Part shown: positions 47,017 through 55,678 of the stretch, piece by piece
How the letters are laid out: every line of letters begins with the position of its first letter
Numbering within the stretch: the first letter of the stretch is position 1
Assembly: GCA_963752285.1 (NCBI GenBank)
Contig: CAVVXN010000003.1
Coordinates: forward strand, 352,001 to 416,000
Length of the DNA: 64,000 nucleotides
From: an uncultured Planctomycetota bacterium
Lineage (GTDB): Bacteria; Planctomycetota; PLA2; JAEUHO01
Reading direction: 5' to 3'
Notes under the pieces: model-generated
The model's database searches: none
What the model saw: only the letters and a program-made list of their open reading frames with translations
What the model was told of the DNA's origin: nothing
Translations under genes and position numbers: made by a program

Positions 47017-47754
47017 TCAGGGGCCCGGTGGGCTGGCCGCGGCCGGCGTCGCGACGCGCCGTGCGAGGTAGATCGTGTTCGTGTCGGGACGTTCGACGCT
47101 CGGGTTCTCGAACCGGACGAGCTCGGCCCACGCCTCGCCGAAGACCTGCTGGAGCGTCCGGACGAACGACGGGTCCGGCGCGACGCCGGCCCAGAGCGCG
47201 AACACGCCCCCGGGACGGAGCTGGGCGCGGAGCGCCTCGAGACCGGCCTCCGTGTAGAAGCGGGCGTGTGCGCGGTGCAGCAGCGCCTCGGGCGAGTGGT
47301 CGATGTCCACGAGCACCACGTCCCACGCGGGCGGCGAGAGCGGCGCCTCGCCGACGACGGCGTAGAAGTCGTCCGCGACGAGTCGGCAGCGCGGGTCCTC
47401 GACGAGGGCGCGTCCGAGCGGGAGGAGCCCCCGCTCGTGCCATCCGATGACCTCGGGCAGGAGCTCCACGACCGTGACCGCGTCGGTCCGGGGGTCGTCG
47501 AGCGCGGCGCGCGCGGTGTAGCCGAGTCCGAGACCGCCGACGAGGACACGCCAGCGGCCGTCGCCCCGCGCATCGAGGGCGAGGCGCGCGAGGTCCGACT
47601 CGGAGTCGTGGACGAGACTCGACATCAGGAACGCCCCGCCGAGCGTGACCTCGTAGACCGGCTCGCGTTCGGACCCCGGCAGGGTGCGCCGCCGGAGGAC
47701 GAGGTCGCCGAGCGGCGTCGCGTGGTGGTCGAGCTCCTCGAATCGCGGTCCCAT
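47017..47754 (-). CDS. Spermidine-synthase-like SAM-binding protein
   Basis: FLMSSL, VLVGGLGLGYTA, VVELLPEVIGWH and LVDIDHSP. Confidence 0.85.
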   Translation of the reverse strand: MGPRFEELDHHATPLGDLVLRRRTLPGSEREPVYEVTLGGAFLMSSLVHDSESDLARLALDARGDGRWRVLVGGLGLGYTARAALDDPRTDAVTVVELLPEVIGWHERGLLPLGRALVEDPRCRLVADDFYAVVGEAPLSPPAWDVVLVDIDHSPEALLHRAHARFYTEAGLEALRAQLRPGGVFALWAGVAPDPSFVRTLQQVFGEAWAELVRFENPSVERPDTNTIYLARRVATPAAASPPGP

Positions 47755-47858
47755 GCCGGCATCGTATCGCCACGTGCCCGTGCCGCGCCGCCCCCCGACG
47801 TCGGGCCCCGTCTCGACCCCACCGGGGCTTCGGCCCGCGGCGGGGCTAGGCTTCACAG

Positions 47859-48473
47859 GTGGGCCTCGCGCACGTCGATCTCGTTCCCGTCGCGGGAGAC
47901 CTGCCTCCGCCGCTCGAGGCGCTCGTCCTCGAGGCGGGGCGCCGGATCGACGCGTTCGTCGAGGCGCGCGTGCGGCGGCCGATCTACGCGTTCGTGCCGA
48001 GCGACTTCCGCGTCGTGTACGGCGCGCTCTTGACCGTCCGCGAACGGTGGCTCGCGCCGGGAGACGAGTTCCTCGAGTGGGGGAGCGGCTTCGGCGTCGT
48101 CACGATGCTCGCGGCGGCCATCGGTTTCTCGGCCCGCGGGATCGAGATCGAACCGGACCTCGTGATCGAGGCACGTCGGCTGGCGCGCGACTTCGGCGCG
48201 CCGGTGGAGTTCTACGTGGGGAGCCTCCTGCCCGCCGCCGAGGTCGGGGTGACGCCGCCGGACGGCGAGGTCTCGTGGCTCGACACCACGGCGCAGAGCG
48301 CCTACGAGGACCTGGGGATGGACCTCGACGAGCTCGACGTGGTGTTCGCCTTCCCCTGGCCCGGCGAGGGGCAGGTCCTGCTGGACGTGTTCGAGGCGCA
48401 CGCGGCCGTCGGCGCGCTCCTCGTCACGTACGAGGGCATCGAGGGCGTCCAGACCTGGCGCAAGGTCCGCTGA
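47859..48473 (+). CDS. Class I SAM-dependent methyltransferase-like protein
   Basis: FVPSDF, FLEWGSGFG, GIEIEP and FAFPWPGE. Confidence 0.8.
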   Translation: MGLAHVDLVPVAGDLPPPLEALVLEAGRRIDAFVEARVRRPIYAFVPSDFRVVYGALLTVRERWLAPGDEFLEWGSGFGVVTMLAAAIGFSARGIEIEPDLVIEARRLARDFGAPVEFYVGSLLPAAEVGVTPPDGEVSWLDTTAQSAYEDLGMDLDELDVVFAFPWPGEGQVLLDVFEAHAAVGALLVTYEGIEGVQTWRKVR

Positions 48474-48594
48474 CCCCGCCCCGCGGGGTGGGGCGCCGAC
48501 GATCCCCCGCTTCCGCGCGCAAAGCCCCTTCGTGTGAGCTCGACGCGCGCGCCTCGCGCGCCTCCGCGCGGGCCGGCGGACCGACGGGTCGCGT

Positions 48595-49476
48595 TCAGGC
48601 CGGCTTGTCCAGGCGGTAGTGGCGCAGGCACTCCCGTTCGCGACCGCGTACCACGCGGCGTCCTTCGAGGGGGCCGCGCGTCTCCGTGACCACCGTCGCC
48701 TGACCCTCGCGCCCGTCCTGCTCGTAGAACACCACGACCCAGTCGTTCGTCGTGCCGAGCGCGTGGGCCCGCGCCGTGTTGGACCACATGGCGGTGAACG
48801 ACCAGCCTCCCCCCTCCGTGTGGAAGATCGGAAGCCAGGCCTCGCCCTTCGGGTTGAAGCGCCGCGGCGCGATCTTCCGCAGGCGGCCCGCCGCCGCGCG
48901 CTGCCGGTAGTCCGCGTCCACGTCGAGCAGCACCGTGACCGACGGCGCGGCCGCCGGCAGGCTCCGCGCGTCGATCCGGAGCGCGCGGCGACGGCCCGCC
49001 TGGCCGAGCAGCGTGGCGAGCGCGTCGCGCACGGCGTGGACGCGCCGGGGCCCGAACCCACGCACGTCGGCGAGGCGACCGTCGTGGGCGGCCATCTCGA
49101 GGTCCTCGAGCGAGTCGATCCCGAGCGCGTCGTGGATGCGCCGCGCGAGGTCTTCGCCGATGCCGGGCACCGTCGTGAAGAGGCCTTCCGGCCCGACCTC
49201 CCCTTCGAGGTGGTCGAGCAGCGCGAGGCGCCCGGTCACCAGGATCTCCCGCACGGCCGCCGCGATGGAGCGTCCGATCGACGGCAGGCCCTGGAGGCCC
49301 CTCTGCCCCTCCTCTTCGTACACCTCGAGAAGCGGGCGGGGCCACGTCCGCGCGGTCTGCGCCGCCGCGCGGTACGCGCGCACGCGCCACGCGTTCGCGC
49401 CCTGCGCGTCGAGGAGGTCCGAGACGCGCTCGAGCGCGTCCGCGACGTCGAGGTTGGTGGGGCGTACGGCGGGCAT
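48595..49476 (-). CDS. Helix-hairpin-helix DNA-binding protein (PolX N-terminal-like, no polymerase domain)
   Basis: [29 protein letters not shown] and C-terminal APRRFNP..WLPI, SNTARAH, DWVV. Confidence 0.82.
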   Translation of the reverse strand: MPAVRPTNLDVADALERVSDLLDAQGANAWRVRAYRAAAQTARTWPRPLLEVYEEEGQRGLQGLPSIGRSIAAAVREILVTGRLALLDHLEGEVGPEGLFTTVPGIGEDLARRIHDALGIDSLEDLEMAAHDGRLADVRGFGPRRVHAVRDALATLLGQAGRRRALRIDARSLPAAAPSVTVLLDVDADYRQRAAAGRLRKIAPRRFNPKGEAWLPIFHTEGGGWSFTAMWSNTARAHALGTTNDWVVVFYEQDGREGQATVVTETRGPLEGRRVVRGRERECLRHYRLDKPA

Positions 49477-49700
49477 GGATCGACCGGGGTCATTCTCCAA
49501 CGCAGAGGGGACGGGGCGGGTCACGGCCGCTCCCGCCCGGACGGAGGGCCGTGAGGCCGTACGGCTTGTCGGTCGGGGGGTACGGGCATACCCTTACCCC
49601 GTCGCCCGAGGGGACCGGACGGGGTCCGGCGCCGGGCTGCCGGCGCGGCGGGGACCCCGCGCGGTCCATGGCCGAGGGGCGGCGCCGGAGCCGCGCCGAG

Positions 49701-50132
49701 ATGAAGCACTACGACATCCTCGTCCTGTCCGGCGGGTTCGACCCGCTCCACGTGGGCCAGGTCCGGATGATCCAGAGCGCCCGCGAGCTCGCGGGCCTGG
49801 TCGTGGTGGGGGTCAACTCGGACGCCTGGCTCGAGCGGAACCGCGACGAGGCCAAGACGCCGTTCGAGGAGCGGCGCGAGATCGTGTCGAGCATTCGCGG
49901 CGTCACGAGCGCGGTCGGCTTCGACGACTCCGACGACACGGCCTGTGCCCTGCTTCGTCTGGTCAAGACGATGAGCCCGGGGGCGCGGATCGCGTTCGGG
50001 AACGGCGGCGGCCGGACCGAGGGCAACGTGCCGGAGGTGGCCCTCTGCAAGGAGCTCGGCCTGGACCTCGTCTGGGGCCTCGGAGGGGAGCGCGTGGGAG
50101 AGGGCTTCGAGCTGGTCCGCCGCCCGGTGTGA
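49701..50132 (+). CDS. Cytidylyltransferase/adenylyltransferase family protein
   Basis: [11 protein letters not shown] (HIGH-like), GVNSDAWL and [11 protein letters not shown]. Alternative start at 49668. Confidence 0.82.
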   Translation: MKHYDILVLSGGFDPLHVGQVRMIQSARELAGLVVVGVNSDAWLERNRDEAKTPFEERREIVSSIRGVTSAVGFDDSDDTACALLRLVKTMSPGARIAFGNGGGRTEGNVPEVALCKELGLDLVWGLGGERVGEGFELVRRPV

Positions 50133-50161
50133 CCCTCCCGCTCGGGGCGCCGCCTCTCCTC

Positions 50162-50869
50162 ATGGACCGACCGCTCTACGAGGTCCGGGGTGTCTCTCGC
50201 GTCTTCCGCATGGGCGAGGTCGAGGTGGCCGCGCTCCGGGGCGTGGACCTGGACGTCGCGGCGGGCGAGCTCCTCGTCGTCCTCGGACCGAGCGGATCGG
50301 GGAAGAGCACCCTGCTCCACCTCCTGGGCGGCATGGACCGTCCGACGGAGGGGACGATCGCCTTTCGCGGCGAGGACCTCACGGGTCGCGACGAGCGGGG
50401 CCTCACCCGCTTCCGCCGCCGACACGTCGGGTTCGTGTTCCAGTTCTACAACCTCATCCCGAGCCTGACGGCGCTCGAGAACGTCGCGATGGCGACCGAG
50501 ATCGCGCCCGAGCCGCGCGACGCGCGGGAGATGATCGAGCTCGTGGGCCTCGCGGACCGCGCGGACCACTTCCCCTCGCAGATGTCCGGCGGCGAGCAGC
50601 AGCGCGTCGCCATCGCGCGCGCGGTCGCCAAGGCGCCCGACGTGCTCCTCTGCGACGAGCCCACGGGCGCGCTCGACTACCGCACGGGCCTCCTCGTGCT
50701 GGACGTGCTCGGCGAGGTGAATCGCCGGCTCGGCACCACCGTCGTCGTGATCACGCACAACGCCGCGATCGGCGAGATCGCCAATCGTGTGCTCCGGATG
50801 CGCTCCGGGCGGATCGTCGAGGTCAAGGAGAACCCCGCGCCCAAGGCGCCGCGCGAGATCACGTGGTGA
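50162..50869 (+). CDS. ABC transporter ATP-binding protein (LolD/MacB-like)
   Basis: [31 protein letters not shown] and CDEPTGALD. Confidence 0.93.
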   Translation: MDRPLYEVRGVSRVFRMGEVEVAALRGVDLDVAAGELLVVLGPSGSGKSTLLHLLGGMDRPTEGTIAFRGEDLTGRDERGLTRFRRRHVGFVFQFYNLIPSLTALENVAMATEIAPEPRDAREMIELVGLADRADHFPSQMSGGEQQRVAIARAVAKAPDVLLCDEPTGALDYRTGLLVLDVLGEVNRRLGTTVVVITHNAAIGEIANRVLRMRSGRIVEVKENPAPKAPREITW

Positions 50870-53235
50870 TGCGCGCACTCGACCGAAAGCTCGTCCGCAA
50901 CCTGGCCACGATGAAGGGGCAGGTGATCGCGATCGTGCTGATCGTGGCGTGCGGCGTGGCCTCCTTCGTGACCGTGGTCACCGCGTACCGCGGCCTCGGA
51001 GGCTCGCTCGACGCGTACTACCGCCGCTACCGCATGGCCGACGTGTTCGCACCCGTGAAGCGGGCCCCGCGGCAGGTGCTCGACGAGATCCAGCAGATCG
51101 ACGGCGTCCGCGCCGCGGAGGGGCGCATCGTCTTCGACGTGACGATCGACCTCGCGGACCTGCCGCAGCCCGTCTCCGGCCGGGTCGTGTCGGTTCCCGA
51201 CCGCCACGGGAGCATGCTGAACGACCTCTACCTCGTGCGCGGCCGCTGGTTCGAGGGGGAGGGAACGCGGCAGGTCATCGTGTCGGACCGCTTCGCGCGC
51301 GCGCACGGCCTCGACGTGGGCGACCGCCTCTCCGTGCTCATGAACGACAAGAAGGAGGCGCTGACGGTCGTCGCGACGGCGCTCTCCCCGGAGTTCGTGT
51401 ACCTCATCCGCGAGGGCGAGATCGCCCCCGACCCGGAGCACTTCGCGGTCCTCTGGATGGCACGCTCCTTCGCCGAGGCCGTCTTCGACTTCGACGAGGC
51501 GGTCAACGACGTCGTGGTCACGGAGTCGCGCGGCGCCAAGACCGCCGAGGTGATCGACGGTCTCGACCGGGTCCTTCACCGCTACGGCGCGTACGGCGCG
51601 TACCGGCGGGCCGACCAGGCGTCCCACCGTTTCGTCTCGAACGAGATCGACGGCCTCGAGGCCTCGGCCACCGTGACCCCCTCGATCTTCCTCGCCGTCG
51701 CCGCGTTCGTGCTGCACCTGCTGATGGGACGGCTCGTGCAGACGCAGAGGAACCAGATCGCGGTGTTCCGCGCGTTCGGGTACGGTCGTGGCGACCTCGC
51801 GCGGCACTACCTGAAGCTCGCGTTGCTCGTCGGCCTCGTCGGCGCCGCGCTCGGGATCGGCATCGGTCTCTGGTTCGCGCGGCAGGTGCTCGAGATGTAC
51901 CGGGAGTTCTTCGACTTCCCCGTGCTCGCGTTCGGCGTCGATCCGGTGGCCGTGGGGGCGGGCGGGCTCGTGGCCCTCGGCGCCGCGGCCCTGGGCGCGC
52001 TCGGTGCCGCCCGGCGCGCCGCGAGGCTCGAGCCGGCGGAGGGCCTGCAGCCGGAGGCGCCGCCCGTCTACCGCCCCGCGTGGGTCGAGCGGATCACGTG
52101 GCTCTGGGGCCGACTCGGCTTCGGCCCGCGCATGGTGCTGCGACGCCTCGCGCGGACGAAGGCGCGCGCCGCGGCGACCGTGGCCGGCGTGGCCCTCGCC
52201 GTGTCGATCCTCGTCCTGACGTTCTTCTCGTACGACTCGTACGGCGTCATGATCGACGACCAGTTCCGCCTCATCGAGCGGCAGGACGTCCGCGTCACGT
52301 TCCACGCGGAGCGGGGGCGCGCGGCCCTGTACGAGGTGCGGCGGCTCGCGGGCGTCCGCCGCGCGGAGGCGGAGTGGGCGTTGCCGGTCCGGCTCGTCCA
52401 CGGCTGGCGGAGTCGTCGCACCGCGATCACGGGCATGGACGTGCCCCACGACCTCCACGCGCTCCTCGACCAGGACCTGCGGTCGGTCCCGCTCCCCGAG
52501 GACGGGCTCCTCCTCTCGAAGAAGCTCGCGGACCTCCTGCACGCCGGGCCCGGGGACGTCCTCGACGCGGAACGCCTGACGGGCGACCAGCGGACCTTCC
52601 GCGTTCCCGTCGCGGCCGTCGTGGAGGAGTACCTCGGCACCTCCGCGTACGCGCGGCGCGAGGCGCTCGGGCGATGGACCGGCGAGGGCGACGTGCTGGG
52701 CGGGGTCCTCCTGTCGGTGGACCCCGCGCGCTCGGACGCGGTCGGCCGCGAGCTGAAGGACCTGCCGGCCGTGGCCTCGGTCTCGTATCGCGCGGACCAG
52801 GCCAGGAACCTCCGAGCCCTGCTGGCGTCGTCCCAGGACATCATGCTCGGCGTGCTCGTCACGTTCGCCGGCATCATCGTCTTCGGTGTCCTCTACAACG
52901 CCGCCCGCATCGCGCTCGCGGAACGGCACCGCGAGCTCGGCGCGATGCGCGTGCTCGGCTTCACGACGCGGGAGGTGGCGGGCCTCCTCGTGGGCGAGAA
53001 CCTCCTCCTCGTCGCCATCGCGATCCCCTTCGGCGTCGGGCTCGGCGCGCTCTTCTCCAAGATGCTGACCTCCGCCTACGAGACCGAGCTCTTCCGCTTC
53101 CCGTTCGTGTTCTCGCTCGCGACCGTGTACCGTTCCATCGGGTTCACGATCCTGTTCGCGTTCCTCGCGAACGCGCTCGTGCTACGGCCGCTGTTCCGGC
53201 TCGACCTGGTCGAGGTCCTGAAGGCCCGGGAGTGA
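50869..53235 (+). CDS. ABC transporter permease (FtsX/MacB family, duplicated)
   Basis: Two MacB-PCD/FtsX halves (QRNQIAVFRAFGY, ERHRELGAMRVLGF) and ending DLVEVLKARE. Confidence 0.9.
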   Translation: MRALDRKLVRNLATMKGQVIAIVLIVACGVASFVTVVTAYRGLGGSLDAYYRRYRMADVFAPVKRAPRQVLDEIQQIDGVRAAEGRIVFDVTIDLADLPQPVSGRVVSVPDRHGSMLNDLYLVRGRWFEGEGTRQVIVSDRFARAHGLDVGDRLSVLMNDKKEALTVVATALSPEFVYLIREGEIAPDPEHFAVLWMARSFAEAVFDFDEAVNDVVVTESRGAKTAEVIDGLDRVLHRYGAYGAYRRADQASHRFVSNEIDGLEASATVTPSIFLAVAAFVLHLLMGRLVQTQRNQIAVFRAFGYGRGDLARHYLKLALLVGLVGAALGIGIGLWFARQVLEMYREFFDFPVLAFGVDPVAVGAGGLVALGAAALGALGAARRAARLEPAEGLQPEAPPVYRPAWVERITWLWGRLGFGPRMVLRRLARTKARAAATVAGVALAVSILVLTFFSYDSYGVMIDDQFRLIERQDVRVTFHAERGRAALYEVRRLAGVRRAEAEWALPVRLVHGWRSRRTAITGMDVPHDLHALLDQDLRSVPLPEDGLLLSKKLADLLHAGPGDVLDAERLTGDQRTFRVPVAAVVEEYLGTSAYARREALGRWTGEGDVLGGVLLSVDPARSDAVGRELKDLPAVASVSYRADQARNLRALLASSQDIMLGVLVTFAGIIVFGVLYNAARIALAERHRELGAMRVLGFTTREVAGLLVGENLLLVAIAIPFGVGLGALFSKMLTSAYETELFRFPFVFSLATVYRSIGFTILFAFLANALVLRPLFRLDLVEVLKARE

Positions 53236-53241
53236 TTCGGG

Positions 53242-54564
53242 ATGCGGAAGATCTGGATCGCCGTGATCCTCGTCGTGGGGGCCGCTCTCTCGTGGTGGTT
53301 CCTCCATGGCCGGCCCGCCGCGGTGGACCTCGCGAACGTGACGCGGGGTCCCGTGCGGGAGGTGGTGGAGGAGGAGGGCGAGACCCGCGTGACCGAGCGC
53401 TTCGTCGTCTCCGCACCGGTGGACGGGCGTCTCGAGCGCCTGGAGCTCGACGCGGCCGATCCCGTCGAGAAGGGGCAGGTGGTGGCGCAGATCGACCCGC
53501 TCCCGCTCCAGACCACGCTCGCCGAGACGCGCGCCCGGATCCGCTCGCTCGAGGAGCGCAAGTCGGGCGTGGACACGAAGCGGCCCAAGCCCGAGGAGAT
53601 CGAGCGCGCCAAGAACCTCGAGACCCAGGCGGACGAGGCGAGCGCGGTCGCCCGCCACCAGCTCGAGCAGCTCGTCGCCGCGCACGAGAAGGCCGGGAAG
53701 GACCTCGAGCGCGTGCGGTCCACCGTGCGCCAGCAGGTCGAGCCGGTCACCGAGCTCGACGCCGCGGTCGCCGCCGAGGCGGAGTCACGGGCCCAGGTCG
53801 AGGCCCAGGAGGTCCGCGTGAAGATCGCCGACCTCGCGACGGGCGCCGCCCGGCTCGAGCGGCAGGTGCTCGTGTCCCGACTCGAGGACTTCGACTGGGA
53901 GGAGAAGGACTACGCGCAGCAGATCGCCGCGCTGGAGGCCGAGCTGTCGAAGGTCGAGGACGACCTCCACCGGACCGACATCCGCGCGCCGGTCGCGGGC
54001 GTGGTGCTTCGCCGGGACAAGGAGAGCGAGCAGGTGGTCTCGGCCGGCACGTCGATCCTCGAGATCGGGAACCTCGCGCGCCTCGAGGTCCAGGCCGACT
54101 TCCTCTCGGAGGACGCGGCACACATGAGGAAGGGCATGCCCGCCGAGGTCTTCGGGCGCTCCCTCGGCACGCGGGTCGTCTCCGGCACGATCTCGAGGAT
54201 CCACCCGAGCGCGTTCACGAAGGTCTCCTCCCTCGGCGTCGAGCAGCAGCGCGTGACCGTCGTCGTGGAGGTGGACGCCGAGGACACGGGGCTCGGCGAC
54301 CGCTACCGCGTCCAGGTGCGCGCGATCCTCGACGCGCGAGACGAGGCGGTGCTCGTCCCGGAGGGCGCGCTCTTCCGCCAGGAGGGCACGTGGCACGCCT
54401 TCCGCGTAACGGACGGCGCCGCCGACCTGGTGGCGGTCACGACCGGGATCGGCGACGGGCGAAACCGCGAGGTCCTCTCGGGGCTCGCCCCCGGCGACCG
54501 GGTGATCCTCCACCCCGACGCGACGATCACGGAGGGCACCCCCGTGAAGTCCCTCCCCCCCTAG
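53242..54564 (+). CDS. HlyD-family efflux periplasmic adaptor
   Basis: N-terminal anchor, VSAPVDGRL, IRAPVAGVV and AFTKVSSLGVEQQRV. Confidence 0.9.
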   Translation: MRKIWIAVILVVGAALSWWFLHGRPAAVDLANVTRGPVREVVEEEGETRVTERFVVSAPVDGRLERLELDAADPVEKGQVVAQIDPLPLQTTLAETRARIRSLEERKSGVDTKRPKPEEIERAKNLETQADEASAVARHQLEQLVAAHEKAGKDLERVRSTVRQQVEPVTELDAAVAAEAESRAQVEAQEVRVKIADLATGAARLERQVLVSRLEDFDWEEKDYAQQIAALEAELSKVEDDLHRTDIRAPVAGVVLRRDKESEQVVSAGTSILEIGNLARLEVQADFLSEDAAHMRKGMPAEVFGRSLGTRVVSGTISRIHPSAFTKVSSLGVEQQRVTVVVEVDAEDTGLGDRYRVQVRAILDARDEAVLVPEGALFRQEGTWHAFRVTDGAADLVAVTTGIGDGRNREVLSGLAPGDRVILHPDATITEGTPVKSLPP

Positions 54565-54582
54565 ACATACGGAGCCAGAGCA

Positions 54583-55506
54583 ATTCGTCCGAATCGACGG
54601 CCGCCCCGGCCTGCCCACGGGTTCGTCCTCCTGGCGACCCTCGTCCTCGTCGTCGGGGCGCTGGTCGTCGTCCGCCTCGCCGCCAGCCGCGCGGCGGGCC
54701 GGACGTCCGGGGCGGCGCCGGCCCGGGCGCTCGACCTCCGCGTCGTCTCGTTCAACGTGTGGGGCGTGCCGCTCGCGCCGGACCTCCCGCGGCGTATCGC
54801 CGCGATGCCCGAGGCCCTGCGCGGGCTCGACGCCGACGTGATCTGCCTGCAGGAGGTGTGGACCAGCGACGTCCGCGGCGTGTTGGTGGACGGGCTCGCC
54901 CCGGCGTACGCGGCGACGCCCGGAGCCCGCGGCGGTCTCCTGGTCCTCTCCCGTTTCCCGATCGAGGCCGAGCGGTTCACGCGGTTCCCCTACGTCCGGG
55001 GCTCGTCGCTCGTCGAGACGCTCGCGGGGAAGGGTCGGCTCGACGTCGTGGTGCGAACCCCCCTCGGCCGCGTCCGCGTCGTGGACTCGCACCTGGCGGC
55101 GGGCGACGTGATGGCGCGGAACGCCGAGCTCCGAGTCCTCCTCGATCACCTGCCGCGCGACCTGCCGCTCGTCGTCGGCGCCGACACGAACTTCTGGTCG
55201 GTGTGGCAAGGCGAGCTCACGAGCGAGTACGAGTCGGTGATCGCCGCGGGCCTCGAGGACGCCAACCCGCCGCGGGTCCTCCCGAACGGTCGGCTCGATC
55301 CCGGGGCGCCCACGCGGCCCGGCTGGCCGCGGCCCGAGGGCGACCCGTGGGGACGCTCGTATCCCGACCACGTCTTCTACGCTCCGGGGGGTGGAATCGA
55401 CGTGCGCGTCGTCGCGTACCGCCAGGCGTTCGACGCGCCCGAGGACGCGCTCTCCGACCACGACGCGCAGGTGGTCGAGCTCCGTCTCGTTCGGACGAAG
55501 GACTGA
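54583..55506 (+). CDS. Membrane-anchored endonuclease/exonuclease/phosphatase (EEP) family hydrolase, probable ATT start
   Basis: LRVVSFNVW, DVICLQEVW, DSHL, GADTN, PDHVF and LSDH. The frame is open upstream of the first GTG through a TM segment to ATT 54583, preceded by GGAG. Confidence 0.8.
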   Translation: MRPNRRPPRPAHGFVLLATLVLVVGALVVVRLAASRAAGRTSGAAPARALDLRVVSFNVWGVPLAPDLPRRIAAMPEALRGLDADVICLQEVWTSDVRGVLVDGLAPAYAATPGARGGLLVLSRFPIEAERFTRFPYVRGSSLVETLAGKGRLDVVVRTPLGRVRVVDSHLAAGDVMARNAELRVLLDHLPRDLPLVVGADTNFWSVWQGELTSEYESVIAAGLEDANPPRVLPNGRLDPGAPTRPGWPRPEGDPWGRSYPDHVFYAPGGGIDVRVVAYRQAFDAPEDALSDHDAQVVELRLVRTKD

Positions 55507-55678
55507 CGCGCGCGCCCGGAACCGACAGGTGCCATCGGGGCCCGCGCGAGCACGCCGCGGCGTGCGCGGGCCACGCCCTCTGCACGCGCCGCGGAGCCGA
55601 CGCGCGTCGGGGTCCCCGGGGGACGCACCCGCGCGCGCGGATAGGATGCCCCGCTTCGGAGGTACAGGGAGCGTGCGC

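Noticed and set aside
48474..48493. CCCCGCCCC-GC-GGGGTGGGG hairpin between convergent genes
   Set aside because: Low-complexity GC stem without a U-tract, expected by chance at this GC content.
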